Shown piece after piece: positions 54,679 through 64,000 of a DNA stretch of 64,000 nt. Made by a program: the position numbers and the translations under genes. The stretch's first letter is position 1; every line of letters starts with the position of its first letter. This DNA is from Candidatus Omnitrophota bacterium (GTDB lineage Bacteria; Omnitrophota; Gorgyraeia; Gygaellales; Profunditerraquicolaceae). Location: NCBI GenBank assembly GCA_025453445.1, contig JALOQJ010000006.1, forward strand, positions 2,308 to 66,307, given 5' to 3'. The notes under the pieces are model-generated. The model saw only the letters and a program-made list of their open reading frames with translations, was not told where the DNA came from and did not search any database.

Positions 54679-55839
54679 ATGGCAGAGTGGATAGGTATAG
54701 GCAGGCGTGCACGCAGGTGTTATGGTTTTGATGAAATTGCCCTGGTGCCAGGAGCACAAACAATCAATCCTAATGAAGTCGATACCAGCTTTAAAATAGA
54801 CGGTAAAAAATTTAATGTCCCGATTATGGCTGCTGCCATGGATGGAGTAGTAGATGTAAACTTTGCCGTTGCAATGTCCAAATTGGGGGGAATTGCCGTA
54901 TTGAACCTTGACGGTATACAGACCCGCTATGAAAATCCGGATGTTGTCTTAGAGAAAATTTCCCATACTTCTGCTGAAGAAGCCACAACTTTAATCCAAT
55001 CAATTTATACCACCCCAGTCAAAGAAAAATTAATCGCCAAAAGAATTAAGCAAATTAAGGAAAAAGGCGGCATTGCAGCCCTTAGCTGTATTCCTGCTCA
55101 TGCGGAGAAATTTGGTAAAATCGCCATGCAGAATAACGCGGATATCTTCATCGTCCAGTCTACTGTCACCACAACAAAACACGTTTCTCGTGAATATAAA
55201 ACCTTGGACCTGGCTAAGTTCTGTAAATCAATGAAAATACCCGTAATTCTGGGTAATTGTGTAACTTATGAAACTACGCTTGAACTTATGCAGATCGGCG
55301 CCAGCGGCCTGTTAATCGGCATTGGCCCAGGAGCAGCCTGCACTACCCGCGGAGTATTAGGCATAGGCGTACCTCAGGTAACCGCAACAGTTGATGCTGC
55401 AGGAGCAAGGGATTTTCATTTTAAACGTACAGGAAAATACATCCCGATTATTACTGACGGAGGTATGAACCGCGGAGGCGATATCTGCAAGGCATTTGCC
55501 GCAGGCGCTGACGCAGTAATGATTGGTTCAAGTTTTGCTCACGCCAAAGAAGCGCCTGGCCGCGGCTACCACTGGGGAATGGCAACATCGCATGTAAATC
55601 TTCCCCGCGGAACGCGTATCCGCGTAGGGACAACAGGCACATTAAAAGATATCCTTTTCGGGCCGGCCAAAGTAGATGACGGCTCACAGAACTTAATGGG
55701 CGCATTAAAAACTTCGATGGGCTCATTAGGCGCTGGCACAATCAAACAAATGCATGACGTGGAGATTATTATCGCTCCTTCAATACAAACAGAAGGAAAA
55801 ATCTTCCAGGTCGGCCAAAGAGTAGGAATGGGTAAATAA
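54679..55839 (+). CDS. guaB: IMP dehydrogenase family protein, GuaB3 type (no CBS domains)
   Basis: IGIGRRARRCYGFDEIALVP, GIGPGAACTTR, WGMAT. Confidence 0.9.
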   Translation: MAEWIGIGRRARRCYGFDEIALVPGAQTINPNEVDTSFKIDGKKFNVPIMAAAMDGVVDVNFAVAMSKLGGIAVLNLDGIQTRYENPDVVLEKISHTSAEEATTLIQSIYTTPVKEKLIAKRIKQIKEKGGIAALSCIPAHAEKFGKIAMQNNADIFIVQSTVTTTKHVSREYKTLDLAKFCKSMKIPVILGNCVTYETTLELMQIGASGLLIGIGPGAACTTRGVLGIGVPQVTATVDAAGARDFHFKRTGKYIPIITDGGMNRGGDICKAFAAGADAVMIGSSFAHAKEAPGRGYHWGMATSHVNLPRGTRIRVGTTGTLKDILFGPAKVDDGSQNLMGALKTSMGSLGAGTIKQMHDVEIIIAPSIQTEGKIFQVGQRVGMGK

Positions 55840-55842
55840 AAT

Positions 55843-55884
55843 TAAGACTAAAACTAAAATAAAAACTAGAGGCAAAACGAAAAA
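55843..55884 (+). repeat. Degenerate hexamer run
   Basis: taagac taaaac taaaat aaaaac tagagg caaaac gaaaaa. Confidence 0.5.
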
Positions 55885-55900
55885 AACAGAAGGAAAGCCA

Positions 55901-57439
55901 ATGCGCCAGACTATTTATATTCTGGATTTTGGCTCACAATACACACAACTGATTGCTCGCAGAGTTAGAGAGAATAAAGTTTTTTCTAAAATCATTCCCT
56001 TTAATACCCCGGCAAAAGAAATTGCAGCACTCAATCCAAAAGGATTAATTTTATCCGGAGGCCCTGCATCAGTAACCCAAAAAAAAAGCCCGCTTCCCGA
56101 TAAAGGTATTTTTAAATTAGGTATACCGATTTTAGGCGTTTGCTACGGCATGCAGGTAATTACAGAGATGCTCGGTGGAAAAGTAAAAAATACAAAATCT
56201 CGTGAATTTGGCAAAGCCGAATTATTTATTGATGATAACCACGATCTCTTCAGCCATATGCCGGGAAATTTTACCTGTTGGGCAAGCCACGGAGATTATA
56301 TCAGTAAACTTCCTCAGGGTTTCCGCACCAGCGCGCACACGATGAATGCGCCGATGGCAGCAGTTTCCAACAGGCAGCGTAAAATTTACGGCGTGCAGTT
56401 TCACCCGGAAGTAACTCATACCGACAAAGGAAACCAGATTATCGGCAACTTTCTTTTTAAAATCTGCGGCTGCTTCTCGCGCTGGACAATGCAGTCATTT
56501 GTGAAAGAAATAATCGAAAATATCAAAAAAACAGCAGGAAATGATAAGGTAGTCCTTGGCTTAAGCGGCGGAGTAGATTCTTCAGTAGCGGCAATATTAC
56601 TTCATCGGGCGATCGGTAAGAATGTTCGGTGTATTTTTATCGACAATGGCCTCTTAAGAAAAGACGAACCGCAGCAGATAAAAAATGTTTTTCGCGATAT
56701 GTACCATTTAAATTTAGACTATGTGGATAGAAGCAAGAGATTTCTCACCCGGCTTAAGGGAATTACTGACCCGGAAGAAAAAAGAAAAATTATCGGAGAC
56801 GAATTTGTAAAGATTTTTGAAGAAGAGGCGGATAAGGTAAGGGGCGTAAAATTTCTCGCCCAGGGGACATTATACCCGGACGTGATTGAATCTATTTCGC
56901 CGACTGGTGCGCCTTCAAGCAAAATCAAAAGCCATCATAATGTCGGCGGCTTGCCGGCTCACATGAAATTAAAACTCATTGAGCCTCTGCGGGATTTATT
57001 TAAAGACGAAGTACGCGCCATCGGCAGGGAATTAAGCCTGCCTGATGCAATTATTATGCGCCAGCCATTTCCCGGCCCGGGATTATCCATCCGGATCATC
57101 GGAGAAATTACCCCTGAACGCCTGGAATTATTGCGCGAGGTTGACCAAAGAGTATTCGACGAAATTAAAAAAGCCGGGCTTTACGAACAAATCTGGCAGT
57201 CTTTTGCCATACTCCTGCCAATAAAAAGCGTGGGGGTTATGGGAGACGAACGGACTTATGAAAATGTCGTAGCTATCCGCTGCGTCACATCCCTCGACGG
57301 AATGACCGCAGATTGGGTAAGGCTTCCTTATGAAATTATGGAAAAAATTTCCAACCGCATCATTAACGAAGTAAAAGGCGTTAACCGCGTAGTTTACGAT
57401 ATCAGCTCCAAACCGCCCGCAACCATAGAGTGGGAATAA
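55901..57439 (+). CDS. guaA: GMP synthase
   Basis: DFGSQY, GVCYGMQ, QFHPE, SGGVDS, KPPATIEWE. Confidence 0.97.
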   Translation: MRQTIYILDFGSQYTQLIARRVRENKVFSKIIPFNTPAKEIAALNPKGLILSGGPASVTQKKSPLPDKGIFKLGIPILGVCYGMQVITEMLGGKVKNTKSREFGKAELFIDDNHDLFSHMPGNFTCWASHGDYISKLPQGFRTSAHTMNAPMAAVSNRQRKIYGVQFHPEVTHTDKGNQIIGNFLFKICGCFSRWTMQSFVKEIIENIKKTAGNDKVVLGLSGGVDSSVAAILLHRAIGKNVRCIFIDNGLLRKDEPQQIKNVFRDMYHLNLDYVDRSKRFLTRLKGITDPEEKRKIIGDEFVKIFEEEADKVRGVKFLAQGTLYPDVIESISPTGAPSSKIKSHHNVGGLPAHMKLKLIEPLRDLFKDEVRAIGRELSLPDAIIMRQPFPGPGLSIRIIGEITPERLELLREVDQRVFDEIKKAGLYEQIWQSFAILLPIKSVGVMGDERTYENVVAIRCVTSLDGMTADWVRLPYEIMEKISNRIINEVKGVNRVVYDISSKPPATIEWE

Positions 57440-57449
57440 CGGAGGCAGT

Positions 57450-60400
57450 ATGCCTCATTCTGATTTTGTCCACCTCCATCTACACACACAGTTCAGTTTA
57501 CTTGACGGCGCCTGCCGTATACATGAACTCCTGCAATTAGCAAGCCAATATAAAATGGATTCTCTGGCAATTACCGACCATGGCAACATGTTCGGTGCCA
57601 TTGATTTTTACCTTGAAGCACAAAAAGCCGGAGTTAAACCAATTATCGGATGCGAAACCTATGTCGCGCCAAAGAGTCGGCTGGAAAAAACCCTTCAGGG
57701 AGTAGAAGAAGCGTCAAATCATTTAATACTCCTGGCAAAAAATGAAACCGGATACCGTAATTTAATGAAACTGGTATCTTTAGCCTACCTAGAAGGTTTT
57801 TATTACAAGCCGCGCATTGATAAAGAAATCCTTGCGCAATATAAAGAAGGCTTAATCGGCATGACTGCCTGCCTGAAAGGCGAAGTTCCCAGCCTGCTGC
57901 GGCAGAAACGCTACAACGATGCTTTGAAATCTGCCGATGAATTTGCCAGTATTCTCGGAAAAAATAATTTTTACCTTGAGCTGCAGGAAAACATGATCCC
58001 TGAACAAACAATAGTTAATGAAGGCCTGGTAAAAATTTCTAAAGAATTGAAACTTCCTTTAGTTGCCACTAATGACGTACATTACTTAATGCGCGAGCAT
58101 GCCTTAAGCCATGAAGCGCTTCTTTGTATCCAGACTCAAACTACCCTCGATGACCCGAACCGGATGAAGCTGCAGACCAATGAATTTTATTTCAAATCGC
58201 CAGCAGAAATGAAAAAACTTTTCAGCTGGTGCCCGGAAGCAATTGCAAATACCGTAGAAATTGCCAGCCGCTGTAATTTAGAATTGGATTTTTCTTCCAT
58301 ACATTTACCTAAATATGATCCGCCGAAAAATCAGACTAAAGAGGCATTTCTTAAGGAATTGTGCCAGCGCGGCCTCGAAAAACGTTTTGGCTCAGCTATC
58401 AATAACACAATACAAGAACGCCTTGAACACGAACTTAAAATTATCCAAGATATGGGTTTTACCAGTTACTTTTTAATAGTCTGGGATTTTATTCATTATG
58501 CTAAAGCTAAGGGTATTCCTGTTGGCCCGGGGAGAGGCAGTGCTGCAGGCAGCCTGGTAAGCTATCTTTTGGGGATTACCGACATCAATCCTCTGCAATA
58601 CGGCTTGCTTTTTGAAAGATTCCTTAATCCTGAACGGCTGGGTTTGCCGGATATCGACATTGATTTCTGTTACGAACGCCGGCAGGAAGTAATTGATTAT
58701 GTGACCAAAAAATACGGCAGGGAAAACGTTGCACAAATTATTACTTTCGGAACAATGCAGGCACGCGCTGTAGTCAGGGATGTTGGCAGAGTAATGGGCA
58801 TTGCCTATGCTGATGTTGACCGGCTGGCTAAAATGATCCCTCCTGATCCAAATATGACCCTGAAAGATACCTTAGCCCAAGAGATTGAATTAAACACACT
58901 TTATAAAACTGATTCTCAGATTACACAGCTCTTAAATACCGCTATAGCACTAGAAGGATTAAACCGGCATGCTTCCATACACGCTGCTGGCGTAGTCATT
59001 TCTGATAAACCCCTCGATACCTACAGCCCATTATTCAAAACCCAGGACGATCAGATTACTACCGGATACAGTATGGGCGCATTGGATAAAATAGGCCTTT
59101 TAAAAATGGACTTTTTAGGCCTGCGCACCCTGACCGTTATTGACCAAACGTTAAAAATTACTAAAAAAACTAGGAATAAAGTCGTAGATATCGAATGCAT
59201 ACCCCTTGATGATCCCAATACTTATAAACTTCTATGCGCTGCTCATACTATCGGAATATTTCAGGTAGAAAGCTCCGGCATGCGCGACCTGCTAAAGAAA
59301 CTTGAGCCAGAACGTTTTGAAGATTTAATCGCGCTTTTAGCATTATACCGTCCGGGCCCGATTGGCTCAGGTATGCTTGACGATTTTATCCAACGTAAAC
59401 ATAACCTTATTCCGGTAAGGTACGAGCACCCAAAACTCGAGACTGTGTTAAAAGAAACTTATGGAATTATGGTCTACCAGGAACAAATCATGCAGATTGC
59501 TTCTGTGTTGGCAGGCTTTAGCCTTGCTCAAGCAGATATTCTACGTAAAGCAATGGGCAAAAAAATTCCCGAGGTAATGGAAAAACAGAGAAAAAATTTC
59601 GTCCATGGCTGTATAAAAAACGAAATCAGAGAATCAACAGCCACTAAAATATTTGACTTAATTGAATATTTCAGCGGATATGGTTTTAACAAAAGCCATA
59701 GTGCAGCATACGCTTTAATTTCCTACCGTACAGCATATCTGAAGGCAAATTATCCGGTAGAATTCATGTGCGCTTTGCTTACTTCAGAACGCGATAATAC
59801 CGATAAAATAGTCGAGTATGTTAATGAAGCTGAACACATGGGAATTACGATTTTACCGCCTGATATTAACGAAAGTGATGCCTTATTCAAAGTTATAGAC
59901 GATAAAACTATCCGTTTCGGGATGCTGGCGATAAAAAATGTAGGCGCCGGCGCCATTGAATCAATTATTGAAGCAAGAAAAAAAGAAAAAGTTACTTCCC
60001 TGGAACAATTATGCGAAAATCTTGATCTACGTTTAGTAAATAAAAAAGTTTTAGAAAGCCTGATTAAATGCGGAGCACTGGACTATTTCGGACAACCGCG
60101 AGCCCAGATGGTGGCGGGCCTGGAAAAGATCCTCGAACATTCTTCAAGAACGCAGAAAGAGCGCTCAAAAGGGCAGCTTTCATTCTTTGACTCAGGACCG
60201 ACAAGCCAAAACGGTTTTATAAATGCCCGGCTTGACCTACCGTCAATCAAAGAATGGCCTGAACCGCAGATTTTGGCCTTTGAAAAAGAAATGCTTGGGT
60301 TTTATGTTTCCGGCCATCCTTTAGCACGCTATGCAGGGCAATTAAAAAGATTCGCATCCACTACTATCGGCAATATCAGCCTGCATCATGATGATGATGA

Positions 60401-60890
60401 AGTAAAAATTGTCTGCCTGATTGCCAAGATTAAACAAACATTGACCCGCGCCAAGCAGGAAAAAATGGCGATTTTAAAGCTGGAAGATTTGGAGGGCATC
60501 GTAGAAGCACTGGTTTTTCCGCAGGCATTCCAGAAAGTATCACGTTACATTCTGCCTAATGCCGTAGTCTTAGTCACGGGAAGGCTGAATCTCAAGGAAG
60601 ATACTCCTAAAATCATCGTTAATGACCTCCTACCAATGGATGCTGCCTATAAACTTATCACAGGAATGAACATTAATCTTTCAGGCATGCAGGAAAACCT
60701 TTTTCTTTCTTTGAAAGAACTGCTCCTTTCTAATACAGGCAGAACTCCGGTATATCTGCATTTAAATACACCTGCCAAATCCCGGGTGCAATTGGTGGTA
60801 GGCGAAAACCTCTACGTCAACCCATCTGAAAAATTGATTCAAGATGTCATAGATTTACTGGGAGAAGAAAAACTATCCCTGGTAATTTAG
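57450..60890 (+). CDS. dnaE: DNA polymerase III alpha subunit
   Basis: PHP domain, GRGSAAGS, PDIDIDF, KMDFLGL, YGFNKSH. Confidence 0.97.
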   Translation: MPHSDFVHLHLHTQFSLLDGACRIHELLQLASQYKMDSLAITDHGNMFGAIDFYLEAQKAGVKPIIGCETYVAPKSRLEKTLQGVEEASNHLILLAKNETGYRNLMKLVSLAYLEGFYYKPRIDKEILAQYKEGLIGMTACLKGEVPSLLRQKRYNDALKSADEFASILGKNNFYLELQENMIPEQTIVNEGLVKISKELKLPLVATNDVHYLMREHALSHEALLCIQTQTTLDDPNRMKLQTNEFYFKSPAEMKKLFSWCPEAIANTVEIASRCNLELDFSSIHLPKYDPPKNQTKEAFLKELCQRGLEKRFGSAINNTIQERLEHELKIIQDMGFTSYFLIVWDFIHYAKAKGIPVGPGRGSAAGSLVSYLLGITDINPLQYGLLFERFLNPERLGLPDIDIDFCYERRQEVIDYVTKKYGRENVAQIITFGTMQARAVVRDVGRVMGIAYADVDRLAKMIPPDPNMTLKDTLAQEIELNTLYKTDSQITQLLNTAIALEGLNRHASIHAAGVVISDKPLDTYSPLFKTQDDQITTGYSMGALDKIGLLKMDFLGLRTLTVIDQTLKITKKTRNKVVDIECIPLDDPNTYKLLCAAHTIGIFQVESSGMRDLLKKLEPERFEDLIALLALYRPGPIGSGMLDDFIQRKHNLIPVRYEHPKLETVLKETYGIMVYQEQIMQIASVLAGFSLAQADILRKAMGKKIPEVMEKQRKNFVHGCIKNEIRESTATKIFDLIEYFSGYGFNKSHSAAYALISYRTAYLKANYPVEFMCALLTSERDNTDKIVEYVNEAEHMGITILPPDINESDALFKVIDDKTIRFGMLAIKNVGAGAIESIIEARKKEKVTSLEQLCENLDLRLVNKKVLESLIKCGALDYFGQPRAQMVAGLEKILEHSSRTQKERSKGQLSFFDSGPTSQNGFINARLDLPSIKEWPEPQILAFEKEMLGFYVSGHPLARYAGQLKRFASTTIGNISLHHDDDEVKIVCLIAKIKQTLTRAKQEKMAILKLEDLEGIVEALVFPQAFQKVSRYILPNAVVLVTGRLNLKEDTPKIIVNDLLPMDAAYKLITGMNINLSGMQENLFLSLKELLLSNTGRTPVYLHLNTPAKSRVQLVVGENLYVNPSEKLIQDVIDLLGEEKLSLVI

Positions 60891-60899
60891 ATTTTTCCC

Positions 60900-60928
60900 T
60901 TGACACTGTAAGCTTTTGGTTATAATAT
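60900..60928 (+). promoter_or_regulatory. Putative sigma70 promoter
   Basis: TTGACA then TATAAT/TAATAT at 15/17 nt spacing. Confidence 0.6.
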
Positions 60929-60966
60929 ACTTACAACATAAAGGTAAGTTTATAAAGGAGAGGAAA

Positions 60967-61239
60967 ATGACTAAAAAAGATATAATCCTGAAGGTCTCTG
61001 ACGAAACCAATTTAAAACAGATAGATGTCAAAAAAGTAGTGCAGAAAACATTTGACTGTATACTCCAGGCATTAGTAAGGGGAGAAAAAATTGAGTTGCG
61101 TAATTTCGGGGTTTTTAAAATTAAACAAAGAAAAAGCCGCACCGGCAGAAATCCACGCACGGGCCAAGTAGTCCCTGTCCCGCCCAGAAAAGTAGTCGTC
61201 TTTAAACCTGGCTTGGAAATGAAACAGGAAATAAAATAA
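60967..61239 (+). CDS. HU/IHF family DNA-binding protein
   Basis: MTKKD, ELRNFGVF, GRNPRTG, VFKPG; AAGGAG before ATG 60967. Confidence 0.93.
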   Translation: MTKKDIILKVSDETNLKQIDVKKVVQKTFDCILQALVRGEKIELRNFGVFKIKQRKSRTGRNPRTGQVVPVPPRKVVVFKPGLEMKQEIK

Positions 61240-61271
61240 CCATTAAGACTCGCCTCTAAAAAAACTTACAT

Positions 61272-62513
61272 ATGTATAAAAGAGTTTCCGGAACAAAAGA
61301 TATTTTGCCTGATGAAGTCATTTGCTGGCAAAAAATAGAAGAAATCAGCCGAAGGATTTTTTCGCTTTATAATTATCAGGAAATCCGACCGCCGATTATT
61401 GAGGATGCCGGGCTTTTCAACCGCTCTTTGGGTGAATTTACGGAAATCGTCCAGAAACAGATGTTCCTGATCAAAAATCTGGAGGACACATATGCGCTTC
61501 GGCCTGAAGGCACTGCTTCAATAGTCCGCTGCTTTATTGAAAATAATCTTGATAAAACCAATGGCTTTGTAAAACTGTATTATATGGGCCCAATGTTCCG
61601 GCTGGAACGGCCGCAAAAGGGCCGCCTGCGCCAATTCCATCATATCGGCACTGAGGTAATCGGCTCAACCGCTCCAGAGGTAGACATAGAGGTAATTTCT
61701 CTCGCGGATGAACTCTTGAAGGCTTATTCGATTTCCGGATATAAGATTAAAATCAATAGTATTGGTTGCTCTAAAGACAAAAAAGCGTTGATTAGTACTA
61801 TCAATAAAAAATTGGAAGGCGAGCTTGAAAATCTCTGCGCAGACTGCAACGAAAGATTTAAACATAATGTTTTACGTATCCTAGATTGCAAAAATGAAGC
61901 CTGCCAGGCTGTAATTAACAAAATAGGCGTAGCCCACGAACACCTTTGCCCTGATTGCCTAAAACATTTCTCCGCAGTAAAACAAGGGCTCGACACCTTA
62001 AAAATCGAATACGAAGTATCACCGCTTTTGGTGCGTGGTCTTGACTATTACACCAGCACTGTATTTGAAATAAAACACCCTGATTTAGGGGCTCAAGATG
62101 CCGTTGGTGCGGGAGGTAGATACGATAACCTTGTCAAAGAACTGGGCGGTCCACAATTAGGGGCGGTCGGGTTCGCCTTTGGGGTAGAAAGATTACTTTT
62201 GGTCACAAAAATACAAGAACACATAGACACTAGTAAAAACTTAGTTTATGTTATAAGCTTAGGTGACGAAGCAAGAAAAGAAGGACTAAAGTTATTAAAT
62301 AGCTTGCGTAAGGAAGGAATTCCCAGTAGTACGGATTATGAGATTATGTCTTTAAAAGGTGCCATGCGTTCGGCAAATGATGCTGCGGCAAAATTTGTAG
62401 TAATTATTGGAGAGGATGAATTAAAGAAAAATGTTGTGATGCTAAAAAATATGCAGACTAGCGAACAAAAAGAAATCACACAAAAAGACTTAATTAAAGA
62501 ATTAAAATGTTAA
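61272..62513 (+). CDS. hisS: Histidine--tRNA ligase
   Basis: LRPEGT, RPQKGRLRQF, LVRGLDYY, GGRYD. Confidence 0.97.
   Translation: MYKRVSGTKDILPDEVICWQKIEEISRRIFSLYNYQEIRPPIIEDAGLFNRSLGEFTEIVQKQMFLIKNLEDTYALRPEGTASIVRCFIENNLDKTNGFVKLYYMGPMFRLERPQKGRLRQFHHIGTEVIGSTAPEVDIEVISLADELLKAYSISGYKIKINSIGCSKDKKALISTINKKLEGELENLCADCNERFKHNVLRILDCKNEACQAVINKIGVAHEHLCPDCLKHFSAVKQGLDTLKIEYEVSPLLVRGLDYYTSTVFEIKHPDLGAQDAVGAGGRYDNLVKELGGPQLGAVGFAFGVERLLLVTKIQEHIDTSKNLVYVISLGDEARKEGLKLLNSLRKEGIPSSTDYEIMSLKGAMRSANDAAAKFVVIIGEDELKKNVVMLKNMQTSEQKEITQKDLIKELKC
62202..62233 (+). repeat. In-frame degenerate octamer run in hisS linker
   Basis: gtcacaaa aatacaag aacacata gacactag. Confidence 0.5.
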
Positions 62514-63901
62514 GAACCCACACCTGCGGACAATTAAATGCAAACGAAGCCGGAAAAGAAGTTACCCTTTGCGGCTGGGTAGCCACGCGGCGCGACCATG
62601 GAAAATTGATTTTTATTGATTTGCGCGACCGTTACGGCCTGACACAAATTACTTTTATCCCGAGAGATGCCGGCGAATCTTATAAAGTAGCGCAGGATAT
62701 CCGCGCAGAGTATGTACTGAAGGTAACCGGAGTAGTGAACAAGCGGCCGGCGAATACTATTAACCAAAAAATGGCTACAGGCGAAATTGAAGTCCTGGCA
62801 AAAAATGTAGAAATTTTAAATTCCAGCCTCACTCCGCCTTTTGAAATTCAGGATGCGCTTGATGTTACCGAGGAAATGCGCCTAAAATACCGCTATCTTG
62901 ATTTAAGAAGAAAAAAGATCTTTGATAATTTCAGCTTAAGGCATACGGTTTATCGGGTAACACGCAATTTTCTCGACAGCCAAGGCTTTATTGAATCAGA
63001 AACACCGATTCTGACCAAATCTACTCCTGAAGGCGCGCGTGATTATCTTGTGCCGGCAAGGCTTTGTCCGGGTGAATTTTTCGCCTTACCGCAATCGCCG
63101 CAGCTGTTTAAACAAATTCTCATGGTTTCAGGAATTGATAAATACTATCAGATTGCCAAATGTTTCCGTGATGAAGACCTGCGTGCCGACCGCCAGCCCG
63201 AATTTACGCAGCTGGATCTAGAGATGTCTTTTCCGGATGAAAACGATATTTTCGCGATAATCGAACCACTGATAAAGCTGATTTTCAAAGAAGCTAAAGG
63301 AATGGAAATAAAAATTCCTTTTCCACGGATGAGTTACGCAGAGGCGCAACAAAAATACAATACCGACAAACCAGATTTAAGAAAAGATCAAAATACTGAA
63401 TTTGCTTTTTGCTGGCTGACTGATTTTCCTTTATTTAAATACAATACGGAAGAAAAACGCTGGGAGAGCGAGCATCATCCTTTTACAGCCCCGGCAACAG
63501 CAGATTTAGAAATACTCGAGAAATCTCCCGAAAAAGTAAAGTCGCGTTCCTATGACTTAGTTTTAAACGGCGTAGAATTAGGCTCAGGCTCAATCAGGAT
63601 ACACGATCAGAAACTGCAGGAAAGGATTTTTAAAATCATCGGGATCAAAAAAGAGGAGGCTGAAGCCCGCTTCGGCTTCCTTCTGGAAGCGTTTCTTTAC
63701 GGCGCTCCACCGCACGGCGGATTTGCTTTTGGCATGGACAGATTATTGGCAATTTTGGCGGGTGAAGCAAGCATCAGAGAAGTCATTGCTTTCCCTAAAA
63801 CCGCCAAAGGAATCTGCCCGTTAACCAGCGCGCCTTCAAGCGTAGATGAAAAACAATTAAAAGAATTAAACATCAACATTATAAAAAGGAGGAAGGAATG
63901 A
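62507..63901 (+). CDS. aspS: Aspartate--tRNA ligase, short form lacking GAD domain
   Basis: RTHTCG, TPEGARDY, LPQSPQ, FRDEDLRADRQPEF, PPHGG, VIAFPK. Confidence 0.96.
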   Translation: MLRTHTCGQLNANEAGKEVTLCGWVATRRDHGKLIFIDLRDRYGLTQITFIPRDAGESYKVAQDIRAEYVLKVTGVVNKRPANTINQKMATGEIEVLAKNVEILNSSLTPPFEIQDALDVTEEMRLKYRYLDLRRKKIFDNFSLRHTVYRVTRNFLDSQGFIESETPILTKSTPEGARDYLVPARLCPGEFFALPQSPQLFKQILMVSGIDKYYQIAKCFRDEDLRADRQPEFTQLDLEMSFPDENDIFAIIEPLIKLIFKEAKGMEIKIPFPRMSYAEAQQKYNTDKPDLRKDQNTEFAFCWLTDFPLFKYNTEEKRWESEHHPFTAPATADLEILEKSPEKVKSRSYDLVLNGVELGSGSIRIHDQKLQERIFKIIGIKKEEAEARFGFLLEAFLYGAPPHGGFAFGMDRLLAILAGEASIREVIAFPKTAKGICPLTSAPSSVDEKQLKELNINIIKRRKE

Positions 63902-64000
63902 AGGGGCTAAAAATATTTTACTTACTGGGTTTGGCATTATGTTTTCTTTTGTCAGGATGCGTAGTGAGAACCTACGAGGCCACCAAAGACAGAGTAGACC
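63898..64000 (+). CDS. Lipoprotein, partial (runs off window)
   Basis: MKGLKIFYLLGLALCFLLSGC-VVRTY; GGAGG SD. Confidence 0.75.
   Translation, partial: MKGLKIFYLLGLALCFLLSGCVVRTYEATKDRVD

Noticed and set aside
57450-60890. Intein in DnaE
   Set aside because: Normal length and no splicing motifs seen.

Overview
AT-rich bacterial chromosomal window, mostly + strand housekeeping genes. Gene content suggests an anaerobic diderm, probably Candidatus Omnitrophota (inference). It holds an outer-membrane TPR/beta-barrel gene convergent with a GH161-like glucan phosphorylase; gatCAB; ctpA; tsaD; an MgtC/bactofilin-HTH/HTH-TM cluster; larB and part of the Wood-Ljungdahl cluster (acsC, acsV, cooC, acsD, acsE); tilS-ftsH-folP-cdaA-pdxJ-acpS-nnrD; five tRNAs; thyA; threonine/citramalate genes; valS; nadC; uvrB; groESL with CIRCE; guaBA; dnaE; ihf/hup; hisS; aspS. 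No CRISPR array, rRNA, integrase or transposase was seen. The most notable signals are: (1) short-period (6-8 nt) degenerate repeats, some palindromic, both intergenic with a fixed (AAATnnn)4-AAAC grammar and in-frame inside ValS, GatA, TsaD, NadC and HisS; (2) a bactofilin fused to a MerR/Xis-like HTH next to a membrane-anchored HTH of the same type; (3) GC-rich folded intergenic elements with tandem G-A and GAA-loop signatures, one coinciding with loss of the acsV start codon; (4) a transmembrane-only mini-CdaR and several apparently leaderless transcripts. All calls come from reading the sequence by eye; no searches were run.
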